DNA of 54,151 nucleotides, filler included, from Sphacelaria rigidula (GCA_964200075.2; 4 parts of 4 records of this genome joined end to end with filler, not necessarily neighbours in it), one strand, 5' to 3'; counted from the whole stretch's first letter, positions 1-14,223 are shown. Numbers and translations: made by a program. The notes: generated from the sequence alone by a model not told the origin.

Positions 1-3000
1 CTCGGTCGATCATGACCGAACACTGCGACTGACTCACTTGCGGGGTTTGCACCCCTCTCTCCGTCGCTTGTTGTCCTGTGGTCGCTCCCTCTCGGAGCTC
101 CCTGCTCACCCTCTTGGCTCCGTCTTCGGCCTTGAGGTGTGCTGTGGTTGGCTGCGCTATCAGCCTGGTGTTGTTGTGTTACTTGATCTTCTTCGCTCTC
201 GACGACGCCACTCCACCTCGCGCCTCCGGATTCTCGATCTTCGATGCCCTCTACCCTACCCTGTAATCCAGTTTGTGTAGATTGTACATCTCTAACCATC
301 TCTGTCAGTGTGCTAAACTGACCACTGAACAGACTCATCATACTTTCAAGTTGACTTGTCAGCCCGTCTAACCTTTCTTCTGAAGACGGAGCGTTACCAT
401 CGTTCCTAGCCATACTTGCCCAATCGATTGATCACTAGTGTATTCCTTGGCTCAGGCACAGGGTAATGGTTTCAGATCTTTTATTGAAGAGCACCCAAGT
501 TCTACTCTAACTTGGGAGAGTGCTGATGTGATGGAGGTAGATGAAATGAGAATACACAAGGGGGGCAGGCAGCCCCGCTGCTCTCAACTGTACTGTACCA
601 CATTTGCACACACTTGACGGTCGGTACTCGTACGTCACCCCGACCCCGGTTCTACGGAGATCCAGCCTTACTAGGTATCTGAATCATTCGAACATCCGAC
701 TCCACAAAGTCCGGGTCCCCGATTCCCTGTCGCCCTCGTTCCCCCCCCCCCATTCTCTGCCGTCTACGGTTTTACAGTGCACACATTATCGAATGAACAT
801 ACGAAGCGCATATCTCATTGAAGCATAAGCATGATATATTTTGCAATAATGATTGCTGAATATCATCATCCGATGGGCAGCATATCAATACGGCAGCTTT
901 TGCAGCAGGTCGACTGTCGCCGCTCATCGGAAACGAACACTCCTGGCACTGTTTCGTGTCACCATCAGGACCCCCTAGTTCTACCCGCACGGGTTCATAC
1001 GTCTGCGGGATCTGAGGAGTTATTTATTGAGTTTACAAAGTAGCGCCTTGTGTCAACTGTACTGTTGCTCATCCCAACACAATCCGAACCGGCCCGATGT
1101 CAGACTAGCCTTCACTCTTACCCTACCCGTGATCCCCGCCCGAACGAAATATTTTCTTGTAAGCGGTCGGGCACAGGGGGATTCACCCTCGAGACCGTCA
1201 GTCACAGTGACCACGAAACGTGTTGCTGCGGGCAACGAGTTCCACGAAACATAGGAATAAACATCATCGTGCAGCCGTACGAGCGGGTGGAAAAGTAGCT
1301 AGAGTGCTCTGCCACGAGCAACCGCTAAGCTCGGGTGTAGCCCTTGAGCACGAGATATTGTAGTTCGACTCTTGCTTGATCACTTACCACGACTGAATAT
1401 TGGGAAATGGCGTGTGATCTGCTCCACCTGGCTTCTGTTTTGAGTCGCCATCGGCCGATTAAGCCTTTGACTGCCGGAGCGTGGCGATCAGGAAGCTCAC
1501 AGCAATTTGAGGAGTTAGAACGATCCCAATTAAAGAGATGATGCCCTCTGGCGGTGAGGAGATCAACCTAAACAAAGGATGCTGAACAATGGGGTTGAAT
1601 TTTCAAGTGGGGCGGAGCGCACCTTCCAAAAATTCAGATTTCTGCGGAAGAGTTTCGGACACGACAAACAACTGAGGAAGTTGTTTTTGTCTGTTGAAAC
1701 TTCCCCTCGCTTGCCTTGTCGCGCGTTGATGCTCCGGTCTCTGGAGCCACATGCAAACTTATTTCGTACACGGGACAACGAATCTCACGGGGTAAGAGAA
1801 GGAGTTTTCGTCGGCTTATATCGGGTGTCATCGGAACTTGTTTCGTCTTTTTTTTTGGGGGGGGGTCTCTTGAATTGATAATTGAAACAATATTTCATGA
1901 AAAGTCAAGTGATGCCGTTGGTGTTTCGAAAAATATTTCCTTCGCTGAACACGTTGTACAGATGTGAACGTGAGGAATTTGGTAGGTGGAAAACTCCGTG
2001 CCCTGTGCAATTTTTCCTAGGGCTCCACTAAAGCTCCGGCATATTCTTTTTCAAAGACATAGGAATCCGATGAAAACCGCTTCCCTCACCTGGTGAGATG
2101 CAGTTTCGACTGTACGAAAGGTGATGCAAATGGCTAAGACACCGAAGCAACATATGCGCGACGAGGCAAGAGAGCAGAAGCTTCAACAGAGTACTAAAAC
2201 CCTCAGATGATTGTTTTCGCAAATGTTACTCCGGGCAAAATGTGATTTTTTATCTTAAGCTGTGTTGAGTCCCATTTGAGAAGTCAACTTCGTTTCCAGC
2301 ATCCTCTGTTTCTACTAGGCAGCCTTCCCACACGACATGCCGACGTGAAGAGAGGGGAACTGCCTCACATGCTAGTGTGAAACGAGAGGAATTGTCCGAC
2401 TTGCCAACGCGAAGATAAGGGAATTAGTTGTCTGTCTGTCCGTCGAGAGATCCACGAATGTGACGGCGCGCCCATGCAAAGAGGTGTTATGAGGGGTCAC
2501 CGCGTCCTGAGATATGCAGGTACCACACGATACCAAGGCCCAACGACGGTACGTGCGAAGGGTCATCTACTACTATACGTACTGTGTGTGAGGAGGTGCC
2601 GGGGCCGTGCGTGGCTTGATACACCATGACGTGCCAATAGGCGAAGAATTAAACGTTCGAGCGCACTCCCCACTCACGAGTGGGTCTATGCGAACCTTCG
2701 CCCTCTGATCCACCGCTGTCCCCTGCAATATCTCGTCCTGTGCATGCTTCTCTGCCGCCTCGCTGAACCTTCGTGGATGGATGCGTTAACTCGCTCTCGT
2801 CGCACAGGGTTTGTTTGCAGCGGCTTTCGCGGGCGCGGACGTCATTCGGGTGAGAAATCCTGTCGCGGCGCTGCACAGTAGTATGGCGTGTGGGTGCAGA
2901 CCACCGCAGCGCGGTACGTAAGTTGTGTAGTAAGACAGAGATGTGTCACGGCTATCCGCAGAGGAGAGGTGGCTTCACGTGAAGGTAAAGGTTGTGGTCA

Positions 3001-6000
3001 ACACTGAGGAGGACTCATGCTCGCGCATTTCATTGAATGTCACCGAAATGAACACGACTTCGTTTGCTTCAAGTTTCTGCTTCACTGTTGGCTGTCTAGT
3101 CGCTCCATTGCTCCATCTCAGACACCTTTCCCCCCTCATTTTCCCTGCGTGTGCATTGTCGCTCGTTCTGTGGCCTACGATGTCGCCGGACGCCTCGACT
3201 GTGCCCTTCCCAACACCAGTTCTCCAGCGATGCCCCATTTGTGAGTTCGCGGCGCCCTTATCGACTGTGTTAACTATTTTACGTTCGACTCGCGTATATT
3301 TACGCCAACACTACTGCTGCACCTCAAAAGGAAGGTGGAGTACTAAAACACGACAGGAGAGAAAGTAGAACTCCTGCGTTGGTCTTCTTCTCCCTGTGTG
3401 ATCCCGGCTGATGCGCCCACGTGTGTACCGAACGATGTAGTCTGGTATCCAGAGTAAATGAGATGATAACACGCAACACACACACATACTTCTGCAGGAG
3501 ACTCCGCGTCCATGCTTTATCCAGTGTTCGTCCGCGGTTCGTATTGTATGGTGCCGGCGTGTGCTGCGGTCGCCTCATGTTTCACCCCGGCGTTTTGGAA
3601 CGCACTGTGTGTTCGTGTCTTCAGTCTAGCCATCTTCCTGCAAGCGTTTCCAGCACCCCTCCAGATCGTATCCAGAAATAGTCTCAACTCTAATTCTACA
3701 AGACCGTTCCCAGTTCCGTTCCCAGCCATTGTCTGGAACAAAGCACATGATTTTGGAACCACATATACGATGCTGCATGTATCTACAGCCTTTTGGCCAT
3801 GTGTGAAATGACCCATTGCGGCATGAGGTACTGTCTATCACAGTCCCCCTCTGCACTATATTCACTGTTGTACGGCAAGATATACGCAAGAACAAACGGG
3901 GTCTAAGCATGACGCAGGTCAGAATACTGCCGCGTTTTGGGTGTGTTTTCTGGCTATGTATGCGGTGCTCACCAATGACGGCGTTGTTAATCGTATCGCT
4001 GTACGCAAACATAATCAACGCTGATCGTATCTTGTGTCGACCATGCGCACGCCGCACCCACCCTGTCTGTTGTGCTTCTGCGTGTGCCTGTTACCTGTTC
4101 GTTCTGCGAAATCGGGGGTCACCTTGCCACACAGTACCTCTACGACCACGTGTCGTACAAACGCCAGGTAGCCCTCTTGAGTGCGTTCGACGTGGCGGAC
4201 GCCCGTCTGGACGGGGACCTCAGCGAGCGCGAAAATGTAAGCTGAACATATTAAGTACTGAGTCGGGGCGGTTTCCGCCAGATACTTCCTCTGTCCCATA
4301 AGTAAAGTCCGCTATGATCACACGAAGCCTTGAGCGTGTCCAATGCCGTGGGAGATATTTGTTCTGGAATTCTCCAGTTTTTTTTTCAGTTGAAGCATAT
4401 GTATATATATATATATATATATGTATATACTTATTTTTTGCTGTTTGCGCAGCAGCTAGCGTGTGCGAATGGCCGATAAAGGATCATTCGGCCCTCCAAA
4501 TGGCCATATTTGCCCCTTTTCCACAACACAGACTAGAATCCTGGAAAACCGAAAGACGGCAAAAATCGCGGAAGAAAGTATAACTGGCATTTTTCTCCGG
4601 TTTATCGCTGGTATGCGATAGCTACGTCTAGTCCGAAACCATTCGTTCACATTGCAGCCTTCAATTTTCTTCGAAAACAAGCCAAATTCGTCGAAATTAG
4701 GCCGAAAATGGACAGATGGAAAGAATTTGGTCGAAATTTGATCGAAATTTGGCCCTGTTTGATCCAACGATTCGAAGGTTGTACAGTAGGTCGATCAATT
4801 TGTTCTTGTTTTTTACCAGTGGCTATCTCGGAAGTATGCTTATATTTCGTAGAAACGGAGATACTCTGCGGTGCGGTTATTTGGTATTTGTGTCGAGGTT
4901 TTGAGCGATCCACCGCGTCTCGACGTGCGGTTTCTGTCCAAAGCGTGCCGCTTGCGCCTCCTGAATAGCCTCCATGAATATGTCACTCCTTGCTGGAACC
5001 TTTTCGACTCTTTGAACCGGCACGTAATGGATTGGTACGCAACTACCATGTACGTGATGCATGTTTACCCTTCTGGCCGCTGCATTCGTGTTACCAAGTA
5101 CACACAAATCCTGGAAAATACATTTGCCATGGTGATGGCTTCTCGGCTGTTGATGCGTTACGCTATCACGCATCTCACCATGATATGTGTTCCGTTATGC
5201 AGACTATTGACGAGTTCAGACTGAGGGTGATCTATGAGCTCGACGACGCTGATACGCTCCTGTCCCCCGCAGTCCTGGCAGGCATTCAAGGTAAGACCAG
5301 TTTTCACCTCCGCACGATGACGATACTGCCCCGTCCACGATTCCTAACCGCAAACCTCTGTACGCGCCTTTCATGTTTTGAGCAAGACGCCTGTGAGCGT
5401 GGTTCACGTTTTGTATTGAAGTACCCTAGGCTTCATGATACTCGTGTATTATTTTCGTACCCCCCCTGCTGTGTCTGTCTTTGTTTCAATCTCCGCCTTC
5501 GCCGTTGTCTCTGCTTCTATCCTTGTCTCTTTCTATTTTCTATCGCCGTCTCCGTCATGTCCCTTGCAGAGATGGAGGAAAAGATCGTAGCAGTGACAGA
5601 GTATACCAATTTTTGCGCGCTGAACTACGACTTCAACGCGAACGACCCGGTATGCGTTCGCCAGGACTCCGTCGTGAACTACTTCGACCCAAGTGAGAGA
5701 TTGCTACGACGGTTCATCGGCTATATACGGTGGAGTATTGCATGACTCGTCGTCGCGGATCCTCGTGAAGAAAATGATCGCGTCAACGACCAACCTATTT
5801 GCGAACTTCTTTCGTGGATGATACGAGCGGGCTCATTGATATTTTCAACACTACACCAGCGATCCTAACGGCGTCCGTGCAACCGATCCCCTGTACCACC
5901 TTTACCCTCTGTATTTCAACACTTCAACCACTAGGTTGGTGGGCGCCGATATCCACTCCTCCTCCACAACCCACCGTTCCCAGCACGTCGAATGCAGAGG

Positions 6001-7084
6001 TAGGCCTATCAATTATGTACTGGGCGAAGGAAGTGAGTATAACAGGTAGTTTCGAGTGTGTTTGCATTTTCCTTCGGAGACGTGTCCGTTACAGGACAAT
6101 ATTTGTGAGGTTGCCGGCGTTGTCCTTAAAGTGCATTTTGAGACAAGCAGAGTCAGTTGCGTTAGCTACACGATGACCATACGTCACGCGGCCCGCATCG
6201 CAACCACTGACGTGTGATACAAGCAACTAACTCATTCTCGTGCCTGATTTGGTTTTCACACATGGAACCAATGAAACGTACCTCTTGCTGCACTTCATCT
6301 CAGTCGTGGATTCTCCCCTTTCATTTGCGCGCGTCGGGCCGACTCAGCTTGCGCTCAACCAATCCAAGCTGGCGTCTCCCAACCAGGAGAGCTACTACGC
6401 TTTTGGTGAGTTGTGTGCTTTGTATGTCGTCGCCTGTCACTTCCTTGTATGTTGCACACGGCGTTTCGTCTACAGGAGGCTGTCTGCAAGCACATGCGTC
6501 CCTGGTCAGTCGACCTTACACTCTTGTGGTGCATCGTTGCTCATGCGAGACGCGTTAACAACCCCGAGCACATCGACCTAGAGCCCTGGAGCCCCGCCTT
6601 CACACCTTTCGCCGCAGTACGCGAAGACCTTGTGCCCGCCACCGAGCAAGCTGCTAAACTCCCACCTCTGTTTCCCTTGATTTGTCTATACCCTATTGAC
6701 ATTGTCCGATACCCGCGGTGCAATCAACCGGCTGTTCGTTCGATACCTGCAGCTAACCCCCAAGATACAGCCGATGCTGGTGCGACCGACTTCAGCCAGG
6801 ACAACATCGACGCTGTGGTTCAGGTGGGCCGGGCGCTCGACACATGTTCTTAGATCTAAGGAGAATGTGTCACAGCACCGCCTAGTTAACATCTACGAAC
6901 TTTACATCGTCGGTTTGACTGGACTATTGTTCTGTAAATTTACGCTGTTGTCAGACCCACGTGTGTAATTTGCGCCTTACACGCTGCCACATACTAAAAT
7001 AGTACGTAGATCATACTGCCATGCGCAGTTTTATTTTCTATTATTTCCCGCTCTTCTCACTCTTTTCGGTGGAACGAGCCCACT

Positions 7085-7433
7085 GTGTGTTTTGTGTCGT
7101 GTGTTGTCGTTCCATCTATTATGAACGCCGGTCCACACTTTTCGGTATATGTGGGCGCACCAGCCGGGATCACACAGGAGGAAGGACAACACGGGATTTT
7201 TTTTTTTTTTCTAGTACTCCACCGTTCTTCTGCGGTGTGCTTGCTTTGTGTTTTCTTCGTGAGAGGGGTTCAGCAGTACCTCGTCGACCGTTACGTCGGA
7301 TTTTGTGTACCCACGACATAATCACTGTCCACTGTTGGTCGTTGTGTGAGGTAAAATGCCAGATGGCGTCGAGATTCGAACCCACGACCCAACCGTCAGA
7401 AGTTTCCGAGGTTACCAACTGAGCTACCTGGGC
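7085..7433 (-). mobile_element. tRNA-derived SINE, family A (near full length)
   Basis: Minus-strand head has Pol III A box TAGCTCAGTTGG and B box GGTTCGAATC; CA-rich tail; homologous copies at 34470-35218 and 36110-36465. Confidence 0.85.
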
Positions 7434-7629
7434 CGTTGTGGCAGAAGATCAAGCGAAGCCCGCGGTCTCCAGAGAACAGCCCATATACCTTGTGGTGCCT
7501 GCCTGACGTGCTGGTTTGACGACTTGGATCGCCATTCCCGCACTGCGTCGTCTTCGCCAAAGTTTCTGTGCCCCTCACTCCCCGAGTTTTTCATGAGAAA
7601 AAATTAGTATCCCACATAAGAAGACCGTT

Positions 7630-7700
7630 CTGGTAGGAATTCAAACCCTCAACGTTGCCGTAAAGGTCTCACCACGGATCCGTTAGACCATCGGCACGCG
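7630..7700 (-). mobile_element. Second tRNA-like Pol III head (possible SINE family B remnant)
   Basis: Reverse complement reads ...TGGTCTAACGG...GGTTTGAATTCC, A- and B-box-like at tRNA spacing; no second copy seen in the window. Confidence 0.4.
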
Positions 7701-8869
7701 GCCGCTTGCAGTATGACGGTTCTTTTTCGAACCGCCACATACCGGCGGAAAAACCGCCAGCCCCGGTCGTTTGTAAGGAGCCGGCAGGTCGCACGTGGAA
7801 TCATGACAGCTGAACCTGAGCTGATGTCGCCGATTGAAGTCTCCTTGATGAAACGATGCATATCTCTATGAAAGTATATATATATATAGATATATAACAT
7901 TGACAAGCTCTCCACCTCCTCGCTCTCCTCACACATGAACATAAACCTGCACGTTCAACGCGCTATCGCTCGCTTGGCGCCGCAGTACTGGTCGGGATAT
8001 TGTTCGGAAGTGACGGAGTGCCCGGCGGCTGCAAACGGCGATGTTAGTCCGTATGCTTTGACGGTGGATGACGTCAATGTCACCATCGCCAACCCCATCA
8101 GGTAGGATGCGGCGCACTGAGTGTCTTGACTGAGCGATGGGTGTGGTGGATCTGCTGGTATCGCTGCTGCCACTCTTGTTGCTGCCGCTGCTGCTGTCGC
8201 CGTTTCTACGATATCCTTTGACTCGATGGTACCAAAATTCTCAGCTGCTCAACCATGGTGCACGTATCACGGCTCCCATCAACCTTCGGTCCATTGCTTA
8301 TTTTTCTAGACCACCCTTGTATGCAACTGGCGATATTCACTTCGAGCGTAACCTTGCTTGGCGCCCTATCTGATTCGTCTCGTACTCAACGCTCTCCTCA
8401 AACTAGCGAATTGATGGATACGGACTTCGGCATCAACGACAACGACGAGGTTAATTCTGTCGCCCAAGCGGCGATGTCTGGTGAGTCGATGGGCGCGGTT
8501 GAGCAGTCTTTGCATGGGGAGACTAGATCCCAGCGAAGCCGTTCACCAGGAAGCGGACGACGTATAGGGGAAAATGCACACAACATGTTTGGGTCCATGG
8601 TCCCCCCTGAAGTTTATCGTTCTTGGGTATCTAGTGACCTGTACCTACGGTATGTATTTGAGTAGTGGCTCAAACCCTCGCCGGCTTCCCCGCGTCTACG
8701 CTGCTCCGTGGACGCTGTTCGATCCAGATTCGTATCCCCGTATTTGTGTCTCGAGGGGTATCTGTATTCGCGACTACTGATCCATGTATATACCCGATGT
8801 GTGTCTACCGCTGCATGATACTTGACATGAACTTCGTGTCCTGTACGTGGTTTTGCGTACGGTGATCCA

Positions 8870-11800
8870 CGTGTGCAATCATCAGTGTTTTACTTCGGAA
8901 GCCCCTTGCGCAAGTCGTCCGGAGAGCTGTATGACACGGACACCGACGGTCTGGTGGCGATGCAGGATGAGCTGGGGCAGTTTCTGCTGGATAAAGTTGT
9001 GGTGAGGTCTAGGTGTAGCCAACGTGCCTTCTCTAGTGGTGACAAGCAGTGCTTCGCCTAGTGGTATGTTCATCCCCATCTGGGACCGTGCGGTATGCCT
9101 CTGCACTAGAATCTCGTCAGTCGATCGTGCGACACTGTATGAGATCTGAGGTAGGGCTACTGGTTTGCGGATATTCTTCATGTGAACTGCCGTGTAAATG
9201 TTGTGAACAGGGGATTCTTTTATTTCCTGTATCAATTTTGTCACCACCGGTAGACTCACGACGCAGAAACTCACGTCCCACGTCTCGTGACTCGTATGTG
9301 GTGTTCTCCAGGGTATATTGGAGGCTGGAATTGACGGCGTGAACGTTTTCTGGGATGGCGAAGACACCGGCTTGCTCGGCAGTGAGCGCCTCGAACATCT
9401 CTCTTGCCTAGATGGCGCAACAGTACTGCAAGATAACAATCCATCGCACTTCTCTGTTTTGGACTGGTTCCTGTCGCGTTTGCAGCTCTTGGTCGTGTGC
9501 AGAGCTTGGTCGACGGTATCGTGAACCCCCAGATGCAGCGACTTTCACCTATCCCCATATGGCCATATTTAGCCTTGCTTGCGCCGCCACTCGTATTATG
9601 GCCGCTTCTTCCATAAGGAAGGCGGAGGGGGGTGGCCATCCGGGGAGTGTTGGTTCTGACAATCGTGCCGGATCGGCATATCAACACGTGGGCGAAAGTG
9701 CAACCGATGTGGCGACAGGGCAAGCGGAGGCTCCTTTCTGCTGCATATACACCTGGAGACACACGACTGTACAACATTGCGTTCTCCTCTTCAACAATCC
9801 CGATTTTACTGCCCACCCTGTTATGAGTCAGCTATCAATCAAGACAAAAGTCGGTCGTTTTCATGCTGAATTGAATCTCGATCAGTTTCCAAGAGCATCA
9901 TATCGCGACGTCCGTACGACGCCGACGTCGTCAAAATACTCGGTCCGATATTTCACCTCACCTGCAGATATATGCTCTTGTCTTCTACGCTTACGCCTGC
10001 CCGCCCACCGCCGCGCACTCTTCCCGTGACCGTCTGGTTGCTTTGTCCTCACTTGTATTTCCTGTGTTTCGTCAAGTCTATGTTAACGGCATCTTGCTAT
10101 CGGACTCTTCGCTGTTGGTGTTCTCGGTGCTGTTCATCATTCTCTACCTCATCATCTCGCTGAGATCCTGGTGGTGAGCCAACGAACGAACTCTACGCTG
10201 ATACGATCACTGTAGAAGACATGCCAAGTTCGCATACGTCGGACAGCTCACGAGCCACCTGAAATAACTAATCGAAGAGAACTCTCAGGTCTATTGCACG
10301 AAAACACGAAACACGTGACGGCAGTCTTCGAGAAGCCAAAACGTTACAGTGGTGGGCGGTCTAACTATTGATTTTGTGGCATTTTGAGATTTTTTCGTAA
10401 TTGGCGATTTTCTTGGGCTCGTTTCGCTTGCCACCGCTCATCATATTCGGGATCTGAAGATATTTGTATCCGTTCCACATTCCAAGGAAAACAACCATCT
10501 GTACTCAATATTGAGTGAATTACGGGCTGACCGGTCATCGGGGGTCCTGCCACGTTTCAGCCCAGATAATTACTCTTCGGTAATATGGGTCGATCGAGCC
10601 TATCTCGATCCTATTTATGAAGAAATGTACAGTTTTTTGTTTTGATTTTTTTGCTACTAATTATAGTAGAGCCGAAAAACTGTGTTTCACGGTCGATAAC
10701 ACCCTCCTGATGAAAAGGGTATTTACTCGTATCGCCCGATAACACCAATTAACACTGACTCGGGCATAGTGTTTCGAGGATGATCTGTTTATTGTACCGA
10801 AATCTACAGACGCTAGCAATTTCGAGTTCAATCGAACAGTAGTACGCAAGGGAAACCCCAAAACACCCCTGCATGTTAGATCGCCCACTACTGTACCTTC
10901 CTGCTGCACCCCGTGCTCGGCGTCCATCGCTGTCGGGCAGCTAATGTAGAAATAGTGGCCAAATGAGCTAGCTTATGATCCGGATCAGCACGTTAATAAT
11001 AGGTTATGTCCAGGTAGCTAGCCCATGAGAGCTGTCCGACGCGTGCAAGAGTAACGATGTATATGACGTCCCCAGCTCTCCCCACCCGACGATAAAAACA
11101 TCCGTTCGGAAAAGGTGCAACGGTGACAGGTGCTGTACGGTGTTGTGTGAGTTTCTAGGGATGCGGTGGTGAGTGGGCACCTGTCTACACCCGTGTGGCA
11201 TACGCTCGTTGAACTGTTTCATGCCTCCCGCTGGCTCCGGGGTACTCGAGAGAGTTGTACGAAGAACGCCGGATACTGGAGGCCGATGTCCATTACCCTT
11301 GCGGACTCATCGTGCACTTCAGGACCGACTGTTACTCTTTTCTGTCGCGATAGGTGGCGGTATAAGCGTCTAGCAACGTAAAGCTTAGCCCTAGATCAGT
11401 CGGAGCCGAGTCTCACTCGTACAATGTTCGATATCGGCGTTTACGGTACGCGTTTGTGGCGACAGGCTGGGAATGGTGGGAATACTCATGATTCTTGGAA
11501 ATTTCGGGCCTGCTCTCATCGTGTACCGTATCATCTCGGGATACAGGTGAGGACTGGGGTATGGAGTGCAGAAGCAATGTCGCTTGACAGTGTCCCATCA
11601 CAAATGCATGGCCAGTTAGTGGTTCTCACGTATGTTGTGAAGGGGAGCGTGGGCCCTCGGGTCTCAGGGGTTAGATAAATCAAATGGCGAGAGCAGAAAA
11701 CACCTCATGTAATGCATGGTGTTCAACGGAACTAGAGCCGTTACCCACAGTGGTCTACAAGAATATTCCTCATCCAGAAAGGTAGCAGCACATACAGGTA

Positions 11801-12400
11801 CTACTCGGTTGGCGTTCGCGCGTTGCATGATAGACTAGCATGCGGACAATGCACATGAGCGTGGTTAGCCGAGCCCTGATGGCCCACAACACGATAATTA
11901 TTAGAAGCCAACTGGACTACGAGGAGAATTACGCGGCTATATCCTCGTGGGGGTTCGTATCGTCGCATGTGTAGTTTTCACTCAGCTAGTGCTCCTTCAA
12001 GCGATCCGAACGTTGTCCTCAATCCAATAATCCTCCTGCTGTTACCCTGTTGCTCCCGTTCCCTTGTGGCGAAGCTTCTTCGGGACGCTGAACGCGCTGT
12101 CCGTATTTCTGGTGCTCGGCATTGGTGAGAAAATTTGCGACCATGGGTAGACAATGCCGTCAAGTAGTTTCGCCTCTCACCAGCTGCGACACTGCGCGGA
12201 GACAAGGCAGCGCGGTACCCAAATGTACAGCGCAGCACATCGAACTATCGGGAGTTCGAAGAACACAGCGTGTATGCTTCCAGTATCATGCGTATTATGT
12301 CGAGACTCGAGCCCCATGTAGCACACTCACCGGAGCAAAAGACATACGGTCGGTCATAGGTTGCTGTCACGTTCTTCTTCCATTGCTTGTGCGATTGAAA
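8870..12400 (+). pseudogene. Possible decayed, intron-containing CxC/KDZ (Kyakuja-Dileera-Zisupton / HMGXB3-like) transposase
   Basis: Broken-frame peptides in the expected order: 'GPCGMP..RATLYEI', 'VFWDGEDTGL..VSASNI', 'TIVPD(G)IS' and, near 12220-12330, 'KCTAQHIELSG..VCFQYH'. They resemble CxC-cluster and KDZ core motifs; many stops and frameshifts. Confidence 0.35.
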
Positions 12401-13464
12401 CTTTTGTGCCGCGATTCTTGTGTACGTGTGCCACACGCATGGAATTTTGAATGGAGTGATACCGCGATAGCCCCCCCCCCTCAGAGCAGCCCCAAAACGA
12501 TCAGAAAATGACCATACAGTGCACCATATCTGGTTTCAGACCTCATGAATTCCTCAACATGGGCGATATTGGCGGAAGTTATCTCAAGCATGGCAGTTCC
12601 CAAGCTGCTCGGTGTGCTCGAAATCTGCCACTTTTGTTTACATGTAGATTTTGCTTTCTCAAATCTATAATTTTTCGGGGGGGGGGGGCTGTCGTAGCTT
12701 TACTCGAGGGTTCCGGTAGGGCCAGCGTTGGCGAATACTTGTCGCTGAGCAGGGCAAGCAAGGATATAGAGGTTTTGAGTAGGTGGCCAAGCTGCGCACG
12801 CCTCTAAGAAGAAATCAATATCTAGGTTGATCCCGTTATCCAAACCCTCCGTCACAGTGCATGTTCCCCTGTTATATATTTGTTATGCCGAACTACGAAA
12901 AACGGTGTCCTTTAGGTGCTGATGACATCTTCGTGTTTAGCAACACCTGGAAGCACATCCGCCGCACCGAGCCCGATCTTCCGGTAGTGGAGCAACTGCG
13001 ACGTGCCCTCTACCGAGGTGGAAAGGCCATGGTGAGCGAACAGTCCTCGTGATATCGACCTCTGTGATACGTCCGTCACCCTGGTGACATGACCGTTCCC
13101 TTGCATCAAACGCCTCCCATTGCGTTCGTGTGACGTATCAAATGTCCGCCGTAAAGTGATTCTCGTGCGGGCTCCTTGAATTGTGATCGGGTATGTGCCC
13201 TAGAACCCCTATCGTCCGACGCGCAGATTATCTTTTTGTGGACTAGCGACTCCTGAAACGAGCCTCGATTGCACCTGTGAGGCATCCAAGTACGATACGA
13301 GCAGGTAGGTATTCGTCGTATAATAGTGCCACCGCTTGTTTCACCCGTCAGTCCCCAGACGAGGACTCACACGTTGCCTCTCGTCCCCCCCCCACCCCCC
13401 CCATGCAAGATAATCAGTAGGCTTCGGGCCGAACACTCTTAGCAGGATGCAGCTCACCCTTCAT

Positions 13465-13564
13465 NNNNNNNNNNNNNNNNNNNNNNNNNNNNNNNNNNNN
13501 NNNNNNNNTTAATTAATTAANNNNNNNNNNNNNNNNNNNNNNNNNNNNNNNNNNNNNNNNNNNN
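13465..13564. other. Artificial contig-joining linker (N44-TTAATTAATTAA-N44)
   Basis: 100-bp spacer with a six-frame stop motif in the middle, identical to the two other gaps. Confidence 0.97.
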
Positions 13565-13599
13565 ATATCACCCCCCCCCCCCCCCCCCCCCCCCCCTAT

Positions 13600-13975
13600 T
13601 AAGAAAGAGATATACCAGTTGTCTGAAGAAGGAGGAAGTAGATGCACAAAATTGCCCCTGTGGCAGAGCAATATAGTGGCATAATGTGAACTATACAAAA
13701 AGGAACGGGACGTGCTGGAGGGGGGAATGCGGGACGTGAACGAAGTTGGCATGAAATCGTTTGATGAATTAGACAGTAGGGAGAAAACGATGGCTATACT
13801 AGGAGATAAATGGTGGCCACAGACGGCGAAACAGGACGGGGATATGATATGCAAAAGGTTTTTGTGCAATGTACAGAGGAAACGTGATGAGCGCCGGAAT
13901 GTTGGACGTGTCTCCATCAGGGGTAGCAACTGTCCTTCGTCTCGAAAGGGATGCGTGGTCAATTGTCTTGCCGAT
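13600..13975 (+). pseudogene. 3' end of non-LTR retrotransposon (LINE) ORF2, C-terminal Zn-knuckle region, degraded
   Basis: Translates to EEVDAQNCPCG...IVA*CELYKKERDVLEGGMRDVNE...AILGDKWWPQTAKQDGD..CKRFLCNV, a CCHC-type C-terminus with a deletion and a stop. Confidence 0.65.
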
Positions 13976-14109
13976 ACCACACGTACCTTACATGTGTTCG
14001 AGTGACTAACAGCTGTTGTGTCTGCTCGTGTTTTTGTTCTGAAGCTGTCTGTTTGTTTGTTCGTCTGTTTGTCTGTCTCTGTTGACCATGGCGCGTTTTT
14101 TTTTTTCAG

Positions 14110-14223
14110 GGTTCGTTGCCTGTCGGCGAGATCGGAAAGCTGCTGCAAGAGGCCACGGCAAACCCATCGCTTAGCCAAACACTCAAGGACCAGTTTGGGG
14201 GACTAAAAAAATTTCTCGAGAAG
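14110..14223 (+). CDS. Internal exon of a partial gene; LOTUS/OST-HTH-like winged-helix domain, first part (GSLPVGEIGKLLQEATANPSLSQTLKDQFGGLKKFLEK)
   Basis: Poly-T tract plus CAG acceptor ending 14109, GT donor at 14224, phase 0/0, open frame; joins in frame to HPGEFVIAADHPFNPHVYL at 15073. Not in the ORF track. Confidence 0.75.

Noticed and set aside
800-2600. Protein-like, possibly viral or transposon-derived decayed coding sequence
   Set aside because: No frame gave a motif I could assign, so no endogenous-virus claim is supportable.
3626-4057. Minus-strand ORF with DST..RNGSFHTWPKG, faintly like a 2OG-Fe(II) dioxygenase strand
   Set aside because: No HxD...H triad identifiable; probably chance.
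7365-7433. tRNA gene candidate
   Set aside because: Has A and B boxes but no convincing cloverleaf and is attached to the same 300-bp body in each copy; it is a SINE head.
12900-13050. DDIFVFSNTWKHIRR resembles the LTR reverse transcriptase YxDD...FS.T.EEH motif
   Set aside because: Single short motif with no recognisable flanking RT blocks; too weak to call.
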